Part shown: piece after piece, positions 1 to 13,479 of the stretch
Layout: each line of letters starts with the position of its first letter
How positions within the stretch are numbered: position 1 is the first letter of the stretch
Assembly: GCF_964213995.1 (NCBI RefSeq)
Contig: NW_027590140.1
Span: forward strand, 868,001 to 932,000
Direction: 5' to 3'
Length of the DNA: 64,000 bases
Origin: Mustelus asterias
Taxonomy: Eukaryota
Made by a program: the position numbers and the translations under genes
The notes under the pieces: generated by a model
What the model saw: only the letters and a program-made list of their open reading frames with translations
Database searches by the model: none
Told to the model about the DNA's origin: nothing

Positions 1-866
1 TTGGGCTTTTATCAGTTCGAACACATGCCTCAGGGAATTTCAGGAGCACCAGCCACTTTTCAGAGAGTCAGGGAACGTACTGTCAGCGACATGAACTTTC
101 TGGAGGTGTTGGTGTACCTGGACGACCTCATTGTGTTTGGACGAACCCTCGAAGAACACGAGGAGTGGTTGATCAAAGTGCTCGACTGGCTACAAGAAGA
201 AGGTCTGAAACTGTCGCTTGACAAGTGCCAGTTTGGCAGGACTTCTGTCACCTACGTCGTACATGTAGTGTCGCAAGACAGAATAGCGACGGACCCATCC
301 AAGATAGAGGCTGTTGTCTCTTGGCCGAGACCCCAAACTGTGACAGAGCTGAGATTCTTCCTTGGATTTTGTGGCTACTATCACCGCTTTGTCAGGGACT
401 TCTCCAAACTCTGCCGTTTCCTCAACGGACTCCTTCAAGGATATCCTCCCCGCTCCCGCTCCAAGGGGAGTCAGACTGCAAACTCACCTGACAAGACTTA
501 CTTCAAGCCTTCTGAACCCTTTGGCTCTCGGTGGAGTGAGAAATGTGAACATGCTTTCCAAGGACTCAAGACCCGGCTCATCAAAGCCCCTGTATTGGTG
601 TTCGCAGATCCACAGAAGCCTTACTTTCTGCACGTGGATGCTAGCCTGGATGGACTAGGTGGTGTCTTATACCAAGAGCAGGATGATGGTCTATGCCCAG
701 TTGCATTCATCAGCAGAAGTCTCTCGCCATCTGAGATAAACTATCCAACGCACAAACTGGAGATTTCAGCTCTCAAGTGGGCTATTGTGGATAAACTACA
801 TGATTATCTTTACGGAGCTGCCATACAAGTCAGAACGGACAACAATCCCCTGACAAACGTCACAAC

Positions 867-975
867 AGAATTCCCACTCACCTGAAGAAGGGGCTTGGGG
901 CTCTGAAAGCTTGTGTGGCTTTTGCTACCAAATAAACCTGTTGGACTTTAACCTGGTGTTGCTAAACCTCTTAAT
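867..975 (+). mobile_element. Penelope-like pLTR fragment with hammerhead-like core, inserted in Gypsy RNase H
   Basis: Flanked by a 10-bp TSD acgtcacaac (857-866 and 976-985). Removing the insert restores NNPLTNVTTSAKLDA. Contains ctgaaga...gaaagcttgtg. Confidence 0.8.
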
Positions 976-1123
976 ACGTCACAACGTCAGCTAAATTAGA
1001 TGCCACTGGTCATCGCTGGCTCTCAGCACTGTCCACCTACAATTTTAACCTTAAGTATAGACCAGGCCGGCATAACCTTGACGCAGACTCGTTCTCTCGA
1101 CGTCCACATGACAGCATGACACC

Positions 1124-1735
1124 ATAGATAGAACATAGAACAGTACAGCACAGAACAGGCCCTTCGGCCCACGATGTTGTGCCGAGCTTTATCTGAAACC
1201 AAGATCAAGCTATCCCACTCCCTATCATCCTGGTGTGCTCCATGTGCCTATCCAATAACCGCTTAAATGTTTCTAAAGTGTCTGACTCCACTATCACTGC
1301 AGGCAGTCCATTCCACACCCCAACCACTCTCTGCGTAAAGAACCTACCTCTGATATCCGTCCTGTATCTCCCACCACGAACCCTATAGTTATGCCCCCTT
1401 GTAATAGCTCCATCCACCCGAGGAAGTAGTCTTTGAACGTTCACTCTATCTATCCCCTTCATCATTTTATACACCTCTATTAAGTCTCCCCTCAGCCTCC
1501 TCCGCTCCAGAGAGAACAGCCCTAGCTCCCTCAACCTTTCCTCATATGACCTACCCTCCAAACCAGGCAGCATCCTGGTAAATCTCCTCTGCACTCTTTC
1601 CAGCTCTTCCACATCCTTCTCATAGTGAGGTGACCAGAACTGCACACAATATTCCAAATGTGGTCTCACCAAGGTCCTGTACAGTTGCAGCATAACCCCA
1701 CGGCTCTTAAACTCCAACCCCCTGTTAATAAAAGC
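1124..1735 (-). mobile_element. CR1 LINE 3' fragment nested in Gypsy pol
   Basis: Minus ORF with LVRPHLEYCVQFWSP, LERVQRRFTRM and LGLFSLERRRLRGDLIEVYK; (catagaa)n tail at the left end. Confidence 0.92.
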
Positions 1736-3958
1736 CAGATGATGAATGGCCAGAAATCGCCGTTCCAGGAGTGCGGGCTCTCTGTCAGACTGTGTCGAGT
1801 AGCGCACGAGCAGGACACTCCTATCCATGTGTGATAGGACACATAGGAGCTCATGTGTCTGCAGTTCCCAAAGCTTTCTGTCATACTGCTGCAGTAGTAG
1901 CTGATCAGCTGCCCACTTTCAGTCCAGCAGAGCTTCAAGCTGCTCAGAAAAGTGACCCGTGTATAGGAGAAGTATGGCTAGCTGTCAATCAGAAGGCAAC
2001 GGCAAGTCAAATACAGACAAGCCATCCTGATCTTACACTTCTGAAACGAGAGTGGGAGAAGCTGTCCATCGAGCAGGGCCTGCTTTACAGAACAGTCGAA
2101 AAGTCTGATCAATGCTTACGGCAACAGCTTGTGCTCCCCAAGCAGTTCCACAGTATTGTTCTGAAGTCACTGCATGACAACAATGGACTTCTGGGATTTG
2201 GCAAGACCTATGCACTCGTCTGTGACAGATTCTTCTGGCCCCGCATGAAGCTAGATGGAGAGACATACTGCAAGACATGTGAACGCTGCATTAAGAGAAA
2301 GACTCTGCCACAGAGAGCAGCACCACTTTCCCACATCCAAAGTTCAGGCCCTATGGATCTTGTATGCATTGACTTTCTCTCCATAGAACCTGATCCCCGC
2401 AACGTATGCAATGTGTTGGTAGTCATTGACCACTTCACTCGGTATGCACAAGCATTCCCAACCAAGGATCAGAGAGCCATAACGATTGCCAGAACTCGAT
2501 GGGAGAAATACTTCATTCACGACGGCCGACCAACTCGCATACATTCAGACCAGGGTCGGGATTTTGAAAGCCAGTTGGTGAAGGAGATGTTGACCATGTT
2601 GGGCGTGAGGAAATCAAGAACTTCACCATACCACCCACAAGGTGACCCTTAACCAGAGAGGTTCAATAGAACCCTGTTGAACATGCTAGGAACTCTTGAG
2701 CCCAGTCAAAAGTCCAAATGGAGTTAGCACATTGCACATCTGGTCCACGCGTACAACTGCACCCCAAATGAAGCTACCGGGTATTCACCCTACTTTGTAA
2801 TGTTTGGGAGGGAAGACAGACTTCCTGTGGACGTTTGCTTTGGCGTGTCAGCGGATCGGACCTCAACAACTTCCCACTTGCAGTATGCATCTAAGATGAA
2901 GAAAGAGCTGCAAGCAGCCTATCAGTTCGCCCAAGCCACTTCCGCTAAAATGAACCAAAGTAACAAAGAGAGGTATGACCAGAGAGTGCGCAACCATTGC
3001 TTGGAGCCTGGGGATAGAGTCCTCATTCGAAACCTTGGCTTGAAAGGGAAACAGAAGCTTGTTGATCGGTGGAGTGCAAATCCTTATGTGGCTGAGAGTC
3101 AAATGTCTGATCTTCCTGTTTATCGTCTAAAGCCTGCAGATGGTTTGGCACCCATTCAGGTCATGCACCGCAACCATATTTTGCCCCTGGGACAAGAGGT
3201 CCAATTGAGCACTGAGTTTGACCCAAAGCCTACTCCCTCTCAAGAGCCCTCAGGCACAGAAAAGCAAAAGAAAGGAATCAAACTCCTGAGGTTCACAAAG
3301 GTGACTCCGCAGCTGATGTGCCCCTGGGAGATCAAAACTCTTCAGAGTCAGAGTATGGACATTACCCAGAGGACTTGATCATTGACAATCCTGAGGAAAT
3401 CTGTGAACAAACGGAACAGGATGTCATGCCCACGGAGTCCAATCCCTCCACAAATGCTACAGAAGTGCCCGAAGTTGCAACGAGCTCAGAATCTTTAGAA
3501 GGGCGAACTGTTGTGATAGAAGAGGTAGTAACTGGGCAAAGGGAAGTAGAACAAGAAAGTTCTGTTGAGGGCACTTACACTACAGACACGTCCAACATAG
3601 CAAATCCAGGACAGAGATAAGGAGATCACAGAGAGAGAGAAAGCCAGCAGACCGTTTACATTATACAAAGCTGGGAGAGCCGTGTGCAAAGTCTGTCGTA
3701 GTAGGACATACAAGTGTTCACTCAGCTACGCCACCCAATATGCATTTTCCTGAACACTGCAATAGTTGTCATGCATGATGGTGTAACTCCTTTGCTCAGT
3801 GCTTGTCATGTATGAGTAAGGTACCATTCTTTTCGCCCCCTATTATACCAATCATCACACTATGAGGGCCAGTTTAAAGTACATGGTGTAATTGGTTAAC
3901 TGGGTTCTCCGTCATATAGCCCAGCATGGGGGCTTGCTGTCTTTTGGTGGGGGGAGAA

Positions 3959-5254
3959 TGTAGGGGCCTGGAAAAAGGATAAATGAAAGAAAAATGAAAA
4001 GAGTGTGTTTTCTTGAAATATGGGTAAATTTAATGAAAAAGACATTTACCATTGTTCTTTGTTTTCTTGTGAGTTTCAATATCCTGTTTACTGGGCCAAA
4101 TATCGTGAACAGATACTGTTTGTCTGAGTGATGTAAGCTCAGCCAATCCGTTTTCTAGAGAGCTGAACTTTAAGTCAATCAGATTACTTAGGGGAAGGGA
4201 AAAATGGCGGGAGGCAGAGGAAGCTGCAGTGGGGAGACACACCGTGGGGAAGAGGAGCAGTTCCCATGCGATAAAAACTCAGTTTTAACGTCGAGGCAAA
4301 TAATATTTGTAGATTAACATGCTTTACAGTATGGGCACAAATATGACTGTGCAGTTAAAGCTCGTGTTTGTCGCAGTTTAGTAACTCGTTTTTCCAGTTT
4401 GAAGTGAAAGGCAGCAAGGTTTAGTCCTGTTTGTTATTTTCATTACTGTTGAGAAAAACTGTAAAGCATCGTCTTGTACTGTCAAGCGTGGACGTTTCTG
4501 CTAGAAACTGCCGGGCGTAGTTTTCACTGAGAAGACGGAGAGAACGAGGATTAGCTGAAGCTAACTTGGTAAGTACCACTGCCGAGGAGGACAGACTTCA
4601 GCGCACTGGACCTGTGTCACTGCACGGACAGCTTGCTGCATTTTGTTTTCCTGCTGCATCATCTTCCCGCTCGCAGACCCTTCTGGACTGTGTGTGTGGT
4701 GGTTGCGTGACTAACTGGAGGCTATACTATCAGACACTGAACGGTATCAGCAGTGTGTTGTTGAGGGTGTGTTTTCTTCATATGTGCACCAACGTATGGG
4801 CCCCAACGTTTATAAATCCAAGCGCTTGGTAATATTTTGAACATTTCTCAGGGTTGAACTGTTTAATTGAAAAATCTTTAGTTTGGGATTCTTTACCTGT
4901 TTTATGAGACGCAACAATGCAAGAAAATAAATTTATTTTTGTTATTCCTTTTGCATGGTTGTCCTAAACCTTTTCTTATTATAAGGTTTACGTACATTTT
5001 AGGAGGCACCGCGTTATTATTAATAAGTTATTACTCTAGATTGCAGTGCATACACTAATCCTTTTCATTCACGCCTGTACTGACATTTATTGGTAAATAG
5101 GAAATTTAGCCTAGCTCAACACCAACCACTAAGAACTCAGGATCCTGTTAATTAAACATTTACATAGTCGACCCTTATCACATCAAGCACATCCCAGGTA
5201 CAGCTTTACTTAACTCAGCTGGTCAGAGCATATAGTTGTCAGCAGGGGGTTACA
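3959..5254 (+). mobile_element. 3' LTR of the Gypsy element
   Basis: Begins TGTA directly after the PPT and ends TACA at 5254; AATAAA near 4926. Confidence 0.75.
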
Positions 5255-6048
5255 ATATGAAAGAACATTCTCAACAAAATGGCCATCGCACAAAGTGCAC
5301 GAATATTCGAGTGGTCTACAAAAATCAAGTTGCATTCTGATTGCTTCTGTTAATTATGACACATGTAACATGAACCGTGTACATTCTATCTGAATCATAA
5401 GGCCCGAGATGTTCTTTACGTTTCCCCCCGCCCTCCCTCAAATCACGATGGCTGAAAGGACTTACACAGCAACCTTACCCCTTTGCACATCTGTGATGGA
5501 CGCCCCAAGCTATAGTGCATCCCTCAGCACGGAGTCCTGGACTCTGGAATGTGTCAGTCTGCAACATTCGGTCAGGGACAACACTTCACACTGGAAAACC
5601 CCTTTTTCCCCCGCTCATTTCACCTTGACTGCTCTGTTGGTTCAATGGTTTATCCCTTTCTCCTTTTCTAAACATGGAACATTTATAGCTCTCCCGTTCT
5701 CTGGCACCACTCCCATATCCAAGGAGGATTGAAATATTACGGTCAGTATGTCTGATATTTCCACCATTCCAGTCCTCAGTCAACCTCATACATCCAACCC
5801 ACACTGAGTAAATGTTTGACTTGATTGTGATACAAAACGTTTTGGATTGAAAGGAGTTAACTGAACGTGTTTGTTTAGTGAGTGTAACAAATGACAGCCT
5901 CCATGGATCCCAACTGTGTCACTGGAGGGTTTCCCTCTTCTGTTAATAAGGGATTCCTTTCAATGGGAGCATAAACTCTGGCACTCACAGCTCGAATGAT
6001 AGGGGAAGGAGAGATCAGAATCTGAGAATAGATTGGAACGTTACAACA

Positions 6049-6223
6049 ATGGATCAGAATCTGGGAACAATAGATTGGAATCTTCCAACATTCGATGGCG
6101 ATTTCCTCTTGAACTTTGTCGAGTCCATTGACGTTCAGAGACCATTGGGTTACAAGATCAACGATATACTGATACGTATTCAAGAGGGATATTATCCCGT
6201 CCTGGCTATTGTTGGTGTCCCTG
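6049..6223 (+). CDS. GPR139/GPR142-like class A GPCR, coding exon 1 (N-terminus and start of TM1)
   Basis: MDQNLGTIDWN...IQEGYYPVLAIVGVP followed by donor G|gtaagt at 6224 (phase 1). Splices in frame to 12494 to give GVPVNLVTIVIL. Confidence 0.85.
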
Positions 6224-7884
6224 GTAAGTTTCTCTATCCAGTTATTTATCCTAACTGTGTCGGACTGCATCATTTTTCTGGCTATTTACTTTTTGGAAAG
6301 AATGAATCCATTCTCTTCAGCTCCAGTCACTCATTCATTTCATATCCCGCGGCTCCACGCCCCTGTCTTGTTGCTATCAAAGGCTGCTTACAACCTACTA
6401 TCTCCCTTTGACCCTGACTGGATTTGCAACCCCATATTCTCTCCATCCCAAATCCTGTCCTCAGCCACGTCAATAATATCAGACATCCCCACTTCTGCCT
6501 CAGCCCAGCCCATCCGTTGAATAAATCATCATCTCCGTGCTAATATTCTCATTCTTGGTTTTACTGCTGCAACTAATCCCGTTCTTCTGTCCACTCACCA
6601 GTTTCCTGCAAATCCTTCCCCTTCAGGATTTGTCCAATTCCCTGTTTGAAATGAATTTCGTTCTCCCACCTGTCTGTGATATTCACATCCACATGGTCAA
6701 AGTTGCCAGCTCAAAGAAGCTCAGAAGCAATAGAATGATGTGGGAAGTTCTTACATTTACTTCCCGGTGTGGTATCCATATTGGAGAGGAGGTTTTGCAG
6801 CTCTGACGCATGTCTTTGTAACTTGGTCTGTGCCTGTCCACTAAACGCCTGTGTTAGTCAGTCTCAGTCGGACATGTATTCAGCAACACGGGGAACCTCC
6901 CCTCTAATGTTATTCCTTAAATATATTTTCATTGAAGTTTTGGCATTTTTACGAATAACACAACACACCCTCAAACCAGTACAGCTTGATGATTTGCCCA
7001 GATATAAACATGGAAAAGGACAGGAGGAAGACAATACAGTTCATTCAGTACGTTCCGTAAGCGCAGCGACCTCCACATATACAAAAAAAACAAGAGCAGA
7101 CAAGTAACAGAATGGCTAAAAGAGGATGAAACTCAGCAGCCGCCCTGTGTACTAGCTTCAAGATGCATTGCAGTAATTCACCAAAAGATCCTTTCACAGC
7201 ACCGTCCAAACCCACGACCAATTCTATCTAGAAGAACCAGGTCAGACGGATTTGGAACGTTAACTCAGTTTCACTCTGCACAGATGCTGTAAGAGCTCCT
7301 GTGCTTTTCCTGCATTTTCTGTTTTCATTCCAAACTTTCAGCACCCGCACTGCTATTCTTAAGTATCGAGCTGGACAGCGACTGGGAGGCCGGCAGGGCG
7401 GGCTTCTTCACATGGGCCAATATCGGCACTGACAGATCGACGCATGTGCAATGGCCTACTCAGTATAATACTGGCGGCCCCACCGGCGGGAATACAGATT
7501 TCAGCATGAAGCACATTTGGGCTCTCTGTAGTGCACAGAGTGGGGCCGATTCCTTTTGAAACTCCCACTGAAAACACCAGGAGGATTTGCTCCAGTGTTT
7601 CAGTGAATTTGACACTTAGAAATCTTTTTGAACAAGAGCCCCCATGATCTTTTCTGTTCTGCATTTCTAATAATTTAAGTGCATGGTAATTTTCTGGAAA
7701 CCATCTTTTCTTATGTGCGTGTCTGTGGGGTTCAGGAATAAGTGATTGTTCCATTTTTTACGTTTTGTAATAAGTAAATGTTTATCCTATGAAAGCCTGC
7801 TTTTTGACAGTTCTCAGAAATCACTCCCCTGGAGGGTTTAAATACTTCTTCTCACAATTGCATCTTGTTGCAGTGAATAAATCA

Positions 7885-10800
7885 AAGAAAAAATTACAAA
7901 GAAAATTACAGCACAGGAACAGGCCCTTTGGCCCTCCAAGCCTGCACTGACCATGCTGCCCGACAGAACGAAAACTCCCTTCCTTTCCAGGGACCATATC
8001 CCTCCATTCCCATCCTATTCATGTATTTTTCAAGACGCCCCTTAAAAGCCACTATCATATCTGCTTCCACTACCTGCCCCGGCAGCGGGTTCCAAGCACC
8101 CACCACCCTCTGTGTCAAGAACGTGCCTCATATATCTCCTTTAACCCTTAACCCTATGCCCCCGAGTAATTGACATTTCCACGCTGGGAAAAAGCTTCTG
8201 ACTATCCACTCTGTCTATGCCCCTCATAATCTTATAGACTTTTATCAGGTCACCCCTCAACCTCCGTCGTTCCAGTGAGAACAAACCAAGTTTTTCCAAC
8301 CTCACCTCATAGCTGATTCCCTCCGTACCAGGCAACATCCTGGTAAATCTTTTCTGTACCCTCTCAAAAGCCTTCACATCATTCTGGTAGTGTGGCGACC
8401 AGAATTGAACACTCAATTCCAAGTGCGGCCTAATTAAGGTTCTATAAAGCTGCAACACGACTTGCCAATTTTTAAACTCAATGCACCAGCCGATGAAGGC
8501 AAGCATGCCGTATGCCTTCTTGACTACTTTCTCCGCCTGTCTTGCCACTTTCAGTGACCTGTGTACCTGTCCACACACATCCCTCTGCCTATCAATTCTC
8601 TGAAGGATTTTGCCATTTACTGTATATTTCCTATCTGTATTAGACCTGCCAAAATGCATTGTCTGACATTTGTCCGGCTTAAACCCCATCTGCGATCTCT
8701 TTGCCCAAGTCTCCAACCGATGTATATCCTACTGTATCATCTGATGGTCCTCATCATTACCCGCACATCCACCAACCTTTGTGTCGTCTGCAAACTTACA
8801 ATCAAGCCAGTTGCACTTTCCTCCAAATCATTTATATATATTATGAACATCAAAGGTCCCAGCACTGATTCCTGACGAACGCCGCCTGTCACAGCCCCCT
8901 ATTCAGAAATGCACCCTTCCACTGCTACTACCCTATGTCATCTATGACCGAGCCAGTTCTGCATCCACCTTGCCAGGTCACCTCTGATCCCATGCGACTT
9001 CACCTTCTGCACAAGTCTGCCATGAGGGACATTGTCAAACGCCTTACTGAAGCCCATGTACGCAACATCCACTGCCCTACCCTCATCAATCATCTTCGGC
9101 ACTTCCTCGAAAAACTCGATCAAGTTAATGAGACCCGACCACCCCACCACAAAACTATGGTGTCTCTTGCTAATACGTCAAGTTATTTCCATGTGGGAGT
9201 AAATCCTGTCTCGAAGAATCCTCTCCAATAAGTTCCCGACAACTGACACAAGGCTCACAGGCCTGTAATTACCTGGATTATTCTTGCTACCCTTCTCAAA
9301 CAAAGGAACAACATTGACTATTCTCCAATCCCCTGGGACCTCCCCGGTAGTCATGATGTGGTGATGTCGGCGTTGGACTGGGGTAAACACAGTAAGAGTT
9401 TTAACAACACCAGGTTAAAGTCCAACAGGTTTATTTGGTAACAAATGTCTTTCACTTTCTGAGCGCTGCTCCTTTGTCAGATGGAGTGGACATCTGCTCT
9501 CAAACAGGGCATACAGAGACACAAAATCAAGTTACAGAATACTGATTAGAATGCGAATCTTTACAGCTAATCAGGTCTTAAAGATACAGACAATGTGAGT
9601 GGAGGGAGCATTAGACACAGGTTAAAGAAATGTGTATTGTCTCCAGACAGGACAGCCATTGAGATTCTGCAAGTCCAGGTGGCAAGCTGTGGAAGTTACC
9701 GAAAGTGTGATATGAACCCAAGATCCCAGTTTAGGGCGGGACCATGGGTTCATGTCAGACTACCTGTAACCCCCACAGCTTGCCTCCTGGACTTGCCGAA
9801 TCTCACTGACTGTCCGGTCTGGAGACAATACACATTTCTTTAACCTGTGCCTAATGCTCCCTCCACTCACATTGTCTGTATCTTTAAAACCTGATTCGCT
9901 GTAAGGATTCGCTTTCTAATCAGTATTCTGTAACTTGATTTTGTGTCTCTGCATGCCCTGTTTGAGAGCAGATATCCACTCCATTTGACGAAGGAGCAGC
10001 GCTTCGAAATCTAATGGCATTTGCTACCAAATAAACCTGTTGGACTTTAACCTGGTGTTGTTAAAACTCTTGCTGTGTTTAGCTCCTCGGTAGCCAGTGA
10101 GGATACAAAGATTTCTCTGAAGACCCCAGCAATTTTCTCCTTTGCCTCTCTCATTATTCAGGGGTAAATCCCATCAGGCCCTGGGGACTTGTCTACATTA
10201 GTGCTCCTCAAGAACCCGAATACTTTCTCCTTTTTAATCTCAAAATGACTCAAACTAACTGCACACCCTTTCCCAGACTCATCATCCACCAAGTCCTTCT
10301 CTTTGGTGAATACTGACGCAAAGTACTCATTTAATACCTCGCCCATTTCCTCTGGCGAAACGCACAGATTCTCTCCCCACTCCTTGAGTGGGACAACCCA
10401 TTCCATTTCAACCCCCCTTGCTCTTTATATATGTATAAAAAGCCTTGGGATTTTCCTTAATCCTGCTGTCCAATGATTTTCTGTGATCCGTTTTAGCCCT
10501 CCTTACTCCTTGCTTACGTTTCGTTCGACTTTCCTTGTATTGCACACTTGCTTCGTGTGTTCCCAGCCTCCTAGCCTTGACAAATGCTTACTTTTTCTCT
10601 TTGACTGGGCTCACAATATCTCTCATTGTCCAAAGTTACCAAAACTTACCATTCTTATCCTTCATCCTTACACGTATGTGCCAGTCCTGAATGCCGATCA
10701 ACTTACATTTGAAAGCCTCCCACATGCCAAGTGTTGATTTGGCCCCCAATCTACATTCTTCAGTTCCTGCCTAATATTGTTGTAATTAGCCTTCCCCCAA

Positions 10801-12060
10801 TTTAGCACCTTAACTTGAGGACTGCACTCATCTTGATCCATCAGTATCTGAAAGCTTACTGAATTGTGGCCGCTGTTCCCGAACTGCTCCCCGACTAAAA
10901 CGTCGACTATCTGGCCGGGCTCACTTCCCAATACAAGGTCCAGTCCGGCCCCTTTCCTAGTTGGACTATCTACATGTTGTTTCAAGAAGCCTTCCTGGAT
11001 GCTCCTTACAAACCCTGCCTCACCCACGCCCTTAGCACTAAGTGAGTCCCAGTCAATATAGGGTGTGTTAAAATCTCCCACCACAACAACCGTGTTACAT
11101 TTACACCCTTGCCAAATTCTGCCTGCATATGTGTTCTTCTATCTCCCGCTGGCTGTTGGGCGCCCTATATTAAATCCCCAAAATTGCGACTACACCCTTC
11201 TTATTCCTGAGCTCTACACATATTGCCTCGCTGCATGGGCCTCCCAGCTGTCCTCCCGCCGTACAGCTGTGAGTTTCTCCTTAATTCTTAACTGTTCCAC
11301 CCCTTTGACGTCCCCATCTAACCAGCCTGAAACATCTATCTGCTCAATGTTAAGCTGCCAATCCTGTCCTTCCCTTAACTAAGTCTCTGTAATAGCAACA
11401 ACATCATAATTCCAAGTACTAATCCAAGCCCTAAGTTCGTCTGCTTTACCTGCTACACTTCTCGCATTGAAACAAATGCACTTCAGTCCATCAGACCTTC
11501 TTTCATTTGCAACCACACCCTGTCTGCTCTTTTTCTGAGTCTTAGTGGCCCTACTCTCTGGTTCCCCTTCAGTTAATTCACCTTTGCTTTGTTTCCCACT
11601 CCCCTGCCAAACTAATTTAAATCCTCCCGTGTGACACGAGCAAACCTCCCGGCCAGAATATTTATGCCCTTCCAGTTTAGATGCACCCCATCCTTCTTGT
11701 AGAGGTCACACCTGCCCCAGAAGCGATCCCAATGGTCCAGATACCTGTAACCTACCTCCTGCACCAGCTGTTCAGCCACGTGTTGAGCTGTACAATCTTC
11801 CTATTTCTCGCCTCATTGGGACGTGGCAAAGGGAGTAATACTGAGATTACAACACGAGAGCTACTGCTTTTCAACTTTCTACTAAACACCCTAAACTGCT
11901 GCTACAGGACCTCATAACTCTCCCGACCTATATCGTCAGTACAAATATGTACCACAACAACTGGCTGTTCTCCCTCTCCATTCAGAATGCTTTCTGCCCG
12001 TTCAGAGACATCCAGGACCGTGGCGCCAGGGAGCAAGATACCATGCTGGAATCTCTTTCA
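7885..12060 (-). mobile_element. Long decayed CR1 LINE (EN+RT) in the GPCR intron
   Basis: Minus ORF fragments with VGDFN, LDLVL, KSPGPDGIYP, GNYRPVSL, FSKAFDNVPH and LIRPHLE...ERVQKRFTRM. Confidence 0.9.
9352..10080. mobile_element. Penelope-derived inverted (fold-back) insertion within CR1
   Basis: Arms of ~340 bp in inverted orientation (~9395-9740 and ~9750-10080) carry the pLTR motif accaaataaacctgttggactttaacctggtg. Flanked by an approximate TSD ctcc(c/t)cggtag. Confidence 0.78.
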
Positions 12061-12493
12061 CGTCCAAATCAAAAGCATTTAAATATCGTTTCAAATCATT
12101 TGGAAAACACATAAATTGTCAACATCTCTCCTCTGTCCCTAACAGGCCCATCACCCATGGCTCCTCCCAGTCACCCCAATGCCCCATCACTCCTGAGTTC
12201 TGCATCATCCCTGCATCCCACCACAATCATCAGGATCCCCTGTCACTCTAGACTCTCTCCATCACCTCTGGTTCCCTGTGTCATTCCTGCCACACATTTT
12301 TCCGCACACCCTGAATTTATTTCATCTATGATTCGTCCCATTGTGTCACAGACGTTCCCATTTGTTCTATCAGGGCTGATTACTTTAATACATTACAAAA
12401 TGCAGTACCACGTCTCAATAACACCTTATTCAAACTGGTCATTTTGCCAGCAGCACGATGCATGATTTCATTGTTTATTTCCCTTCCTTACAG

Positions 12494-13380
12494 TGAACTT
12501 AGTCACCATTGTGATCCTCATTCGCAAAAACTGTGGTCTCTCCAGATGTGTCAATCGTTACCTGGTGGCCATGTCATTGGCGGATCTACTGGTTATTATC
12601 CTCGACCTGATATTGAGACACATTCCGATTGTTTTTGATGAACAGTTTTGTGTCCTGAAATTCATCCCCGTGTGTAATATCCACGCCGTCCGGCTTTATG
12701 CAGCCACCGACTGTTCTGTCTGGTTCACCGTCACTTTCACCTTTGATCGATTTGTGGCCATTTGTTGCCAGAAGTTGAAAAATAAATATTGCAGCGAGAA
12801 AACGGTGTCTGTGGTTCTGGGGACAGTGACTGCGCTGAGCTTCTTAAAGAATATTTTCTGGTATTTTATGGTAAAACGTCAGTATGCATTGATGAACGAC
12901 CCTTGGTTTTGTAAGTGCTCATTTGATGTCAAGTTTTCTCCTGTCTGGGGAGCACTTGTGTTTCTCCATTATATTCTAACCCCATGTATCCCATTTGTTC
13001 TGATTCTGCTGCTCAATGTTCTCACCATCAGACACATTTTAGTGACGAGCAGGGCCCGCAAGAGACTCCGGGCTCACTGCAATGGGGAGAGTCTCAGTGA
13101 CCCAGAAATGGAAAGTCGAAGGAACTCCATCATTTTACTGTTTGTTATTTCAGCCAATTTCATCGTGTTATGGTCAACGTTAATGATTGATTCTTTATCT
13201 TTCCAGATGTTCTGGTTGGGGTATCCATCTCCATACAGTGAGATTTTTGTTCTGGAATTGGGCTTCATGCTGCAGCTCCTGAGTTGCTGCACAAACACCT
13301 TTATTTATGCGGTCACCCAGACTAAGTTCAGGGAGCAGTTGAAGAATGTGATGAAATATCCCTTAACTCAAAGTCATTAA
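12494..13380 (+). CDS. GPR139/GPR142-like class A GPCR, coding exon 2 (TM1-TM7); spliced product ~353 aa
   Basis: Acceptor cccttccttacag|tg. Open frame with YLVAMSLADLL (TM2), DCSVWFTVTFTFDRFVAIC (TM3 DRF), LTPCIPF (TM5) and LLSCCTNTFIY (TM7). Exons of 175 + 887 nt give 354 codons. Confidence 0.92.
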
Positions 13381-13479
13381 GGGAAGAACTGAATCACTGA
13401 GAGTTTACAGATTATTTTCAATTTTATTTTACATTTCCTGCAAGGGGAGGGTACAAACACGACAGGATCTCCATTGATT

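Larger units (their letters stand above)
1..3958 (+). mobile_element. Gypsy/Ty3 LTR retrotransposon internal region: decayed pol (RT-RNaseH-integrase), 3' region and polypurine tract
   Basis: ORF 1..885 has RT motifs MPQG..APATFQR and YLDD and RNase H motifs DAS..GLGGVL, YPTHKLE and TDNNPL. The frame resumes after an insert as SAKLDATGHRWLSAL. ORFs 1771..2652 and 2800..3378 carry integrase motifs (CxxC, IDF, HSDQG, YHPQG, GPY/F-like RWSANPY) with stops and frameshifts. The PPT ggggggagaa ends at 3958. Confidence 0.93.

Noticed and set aside
6224-6411. C-terminal part of ORF 6049..6411
   Set aside because: It is intronic read-through past the GT donor at 6224.
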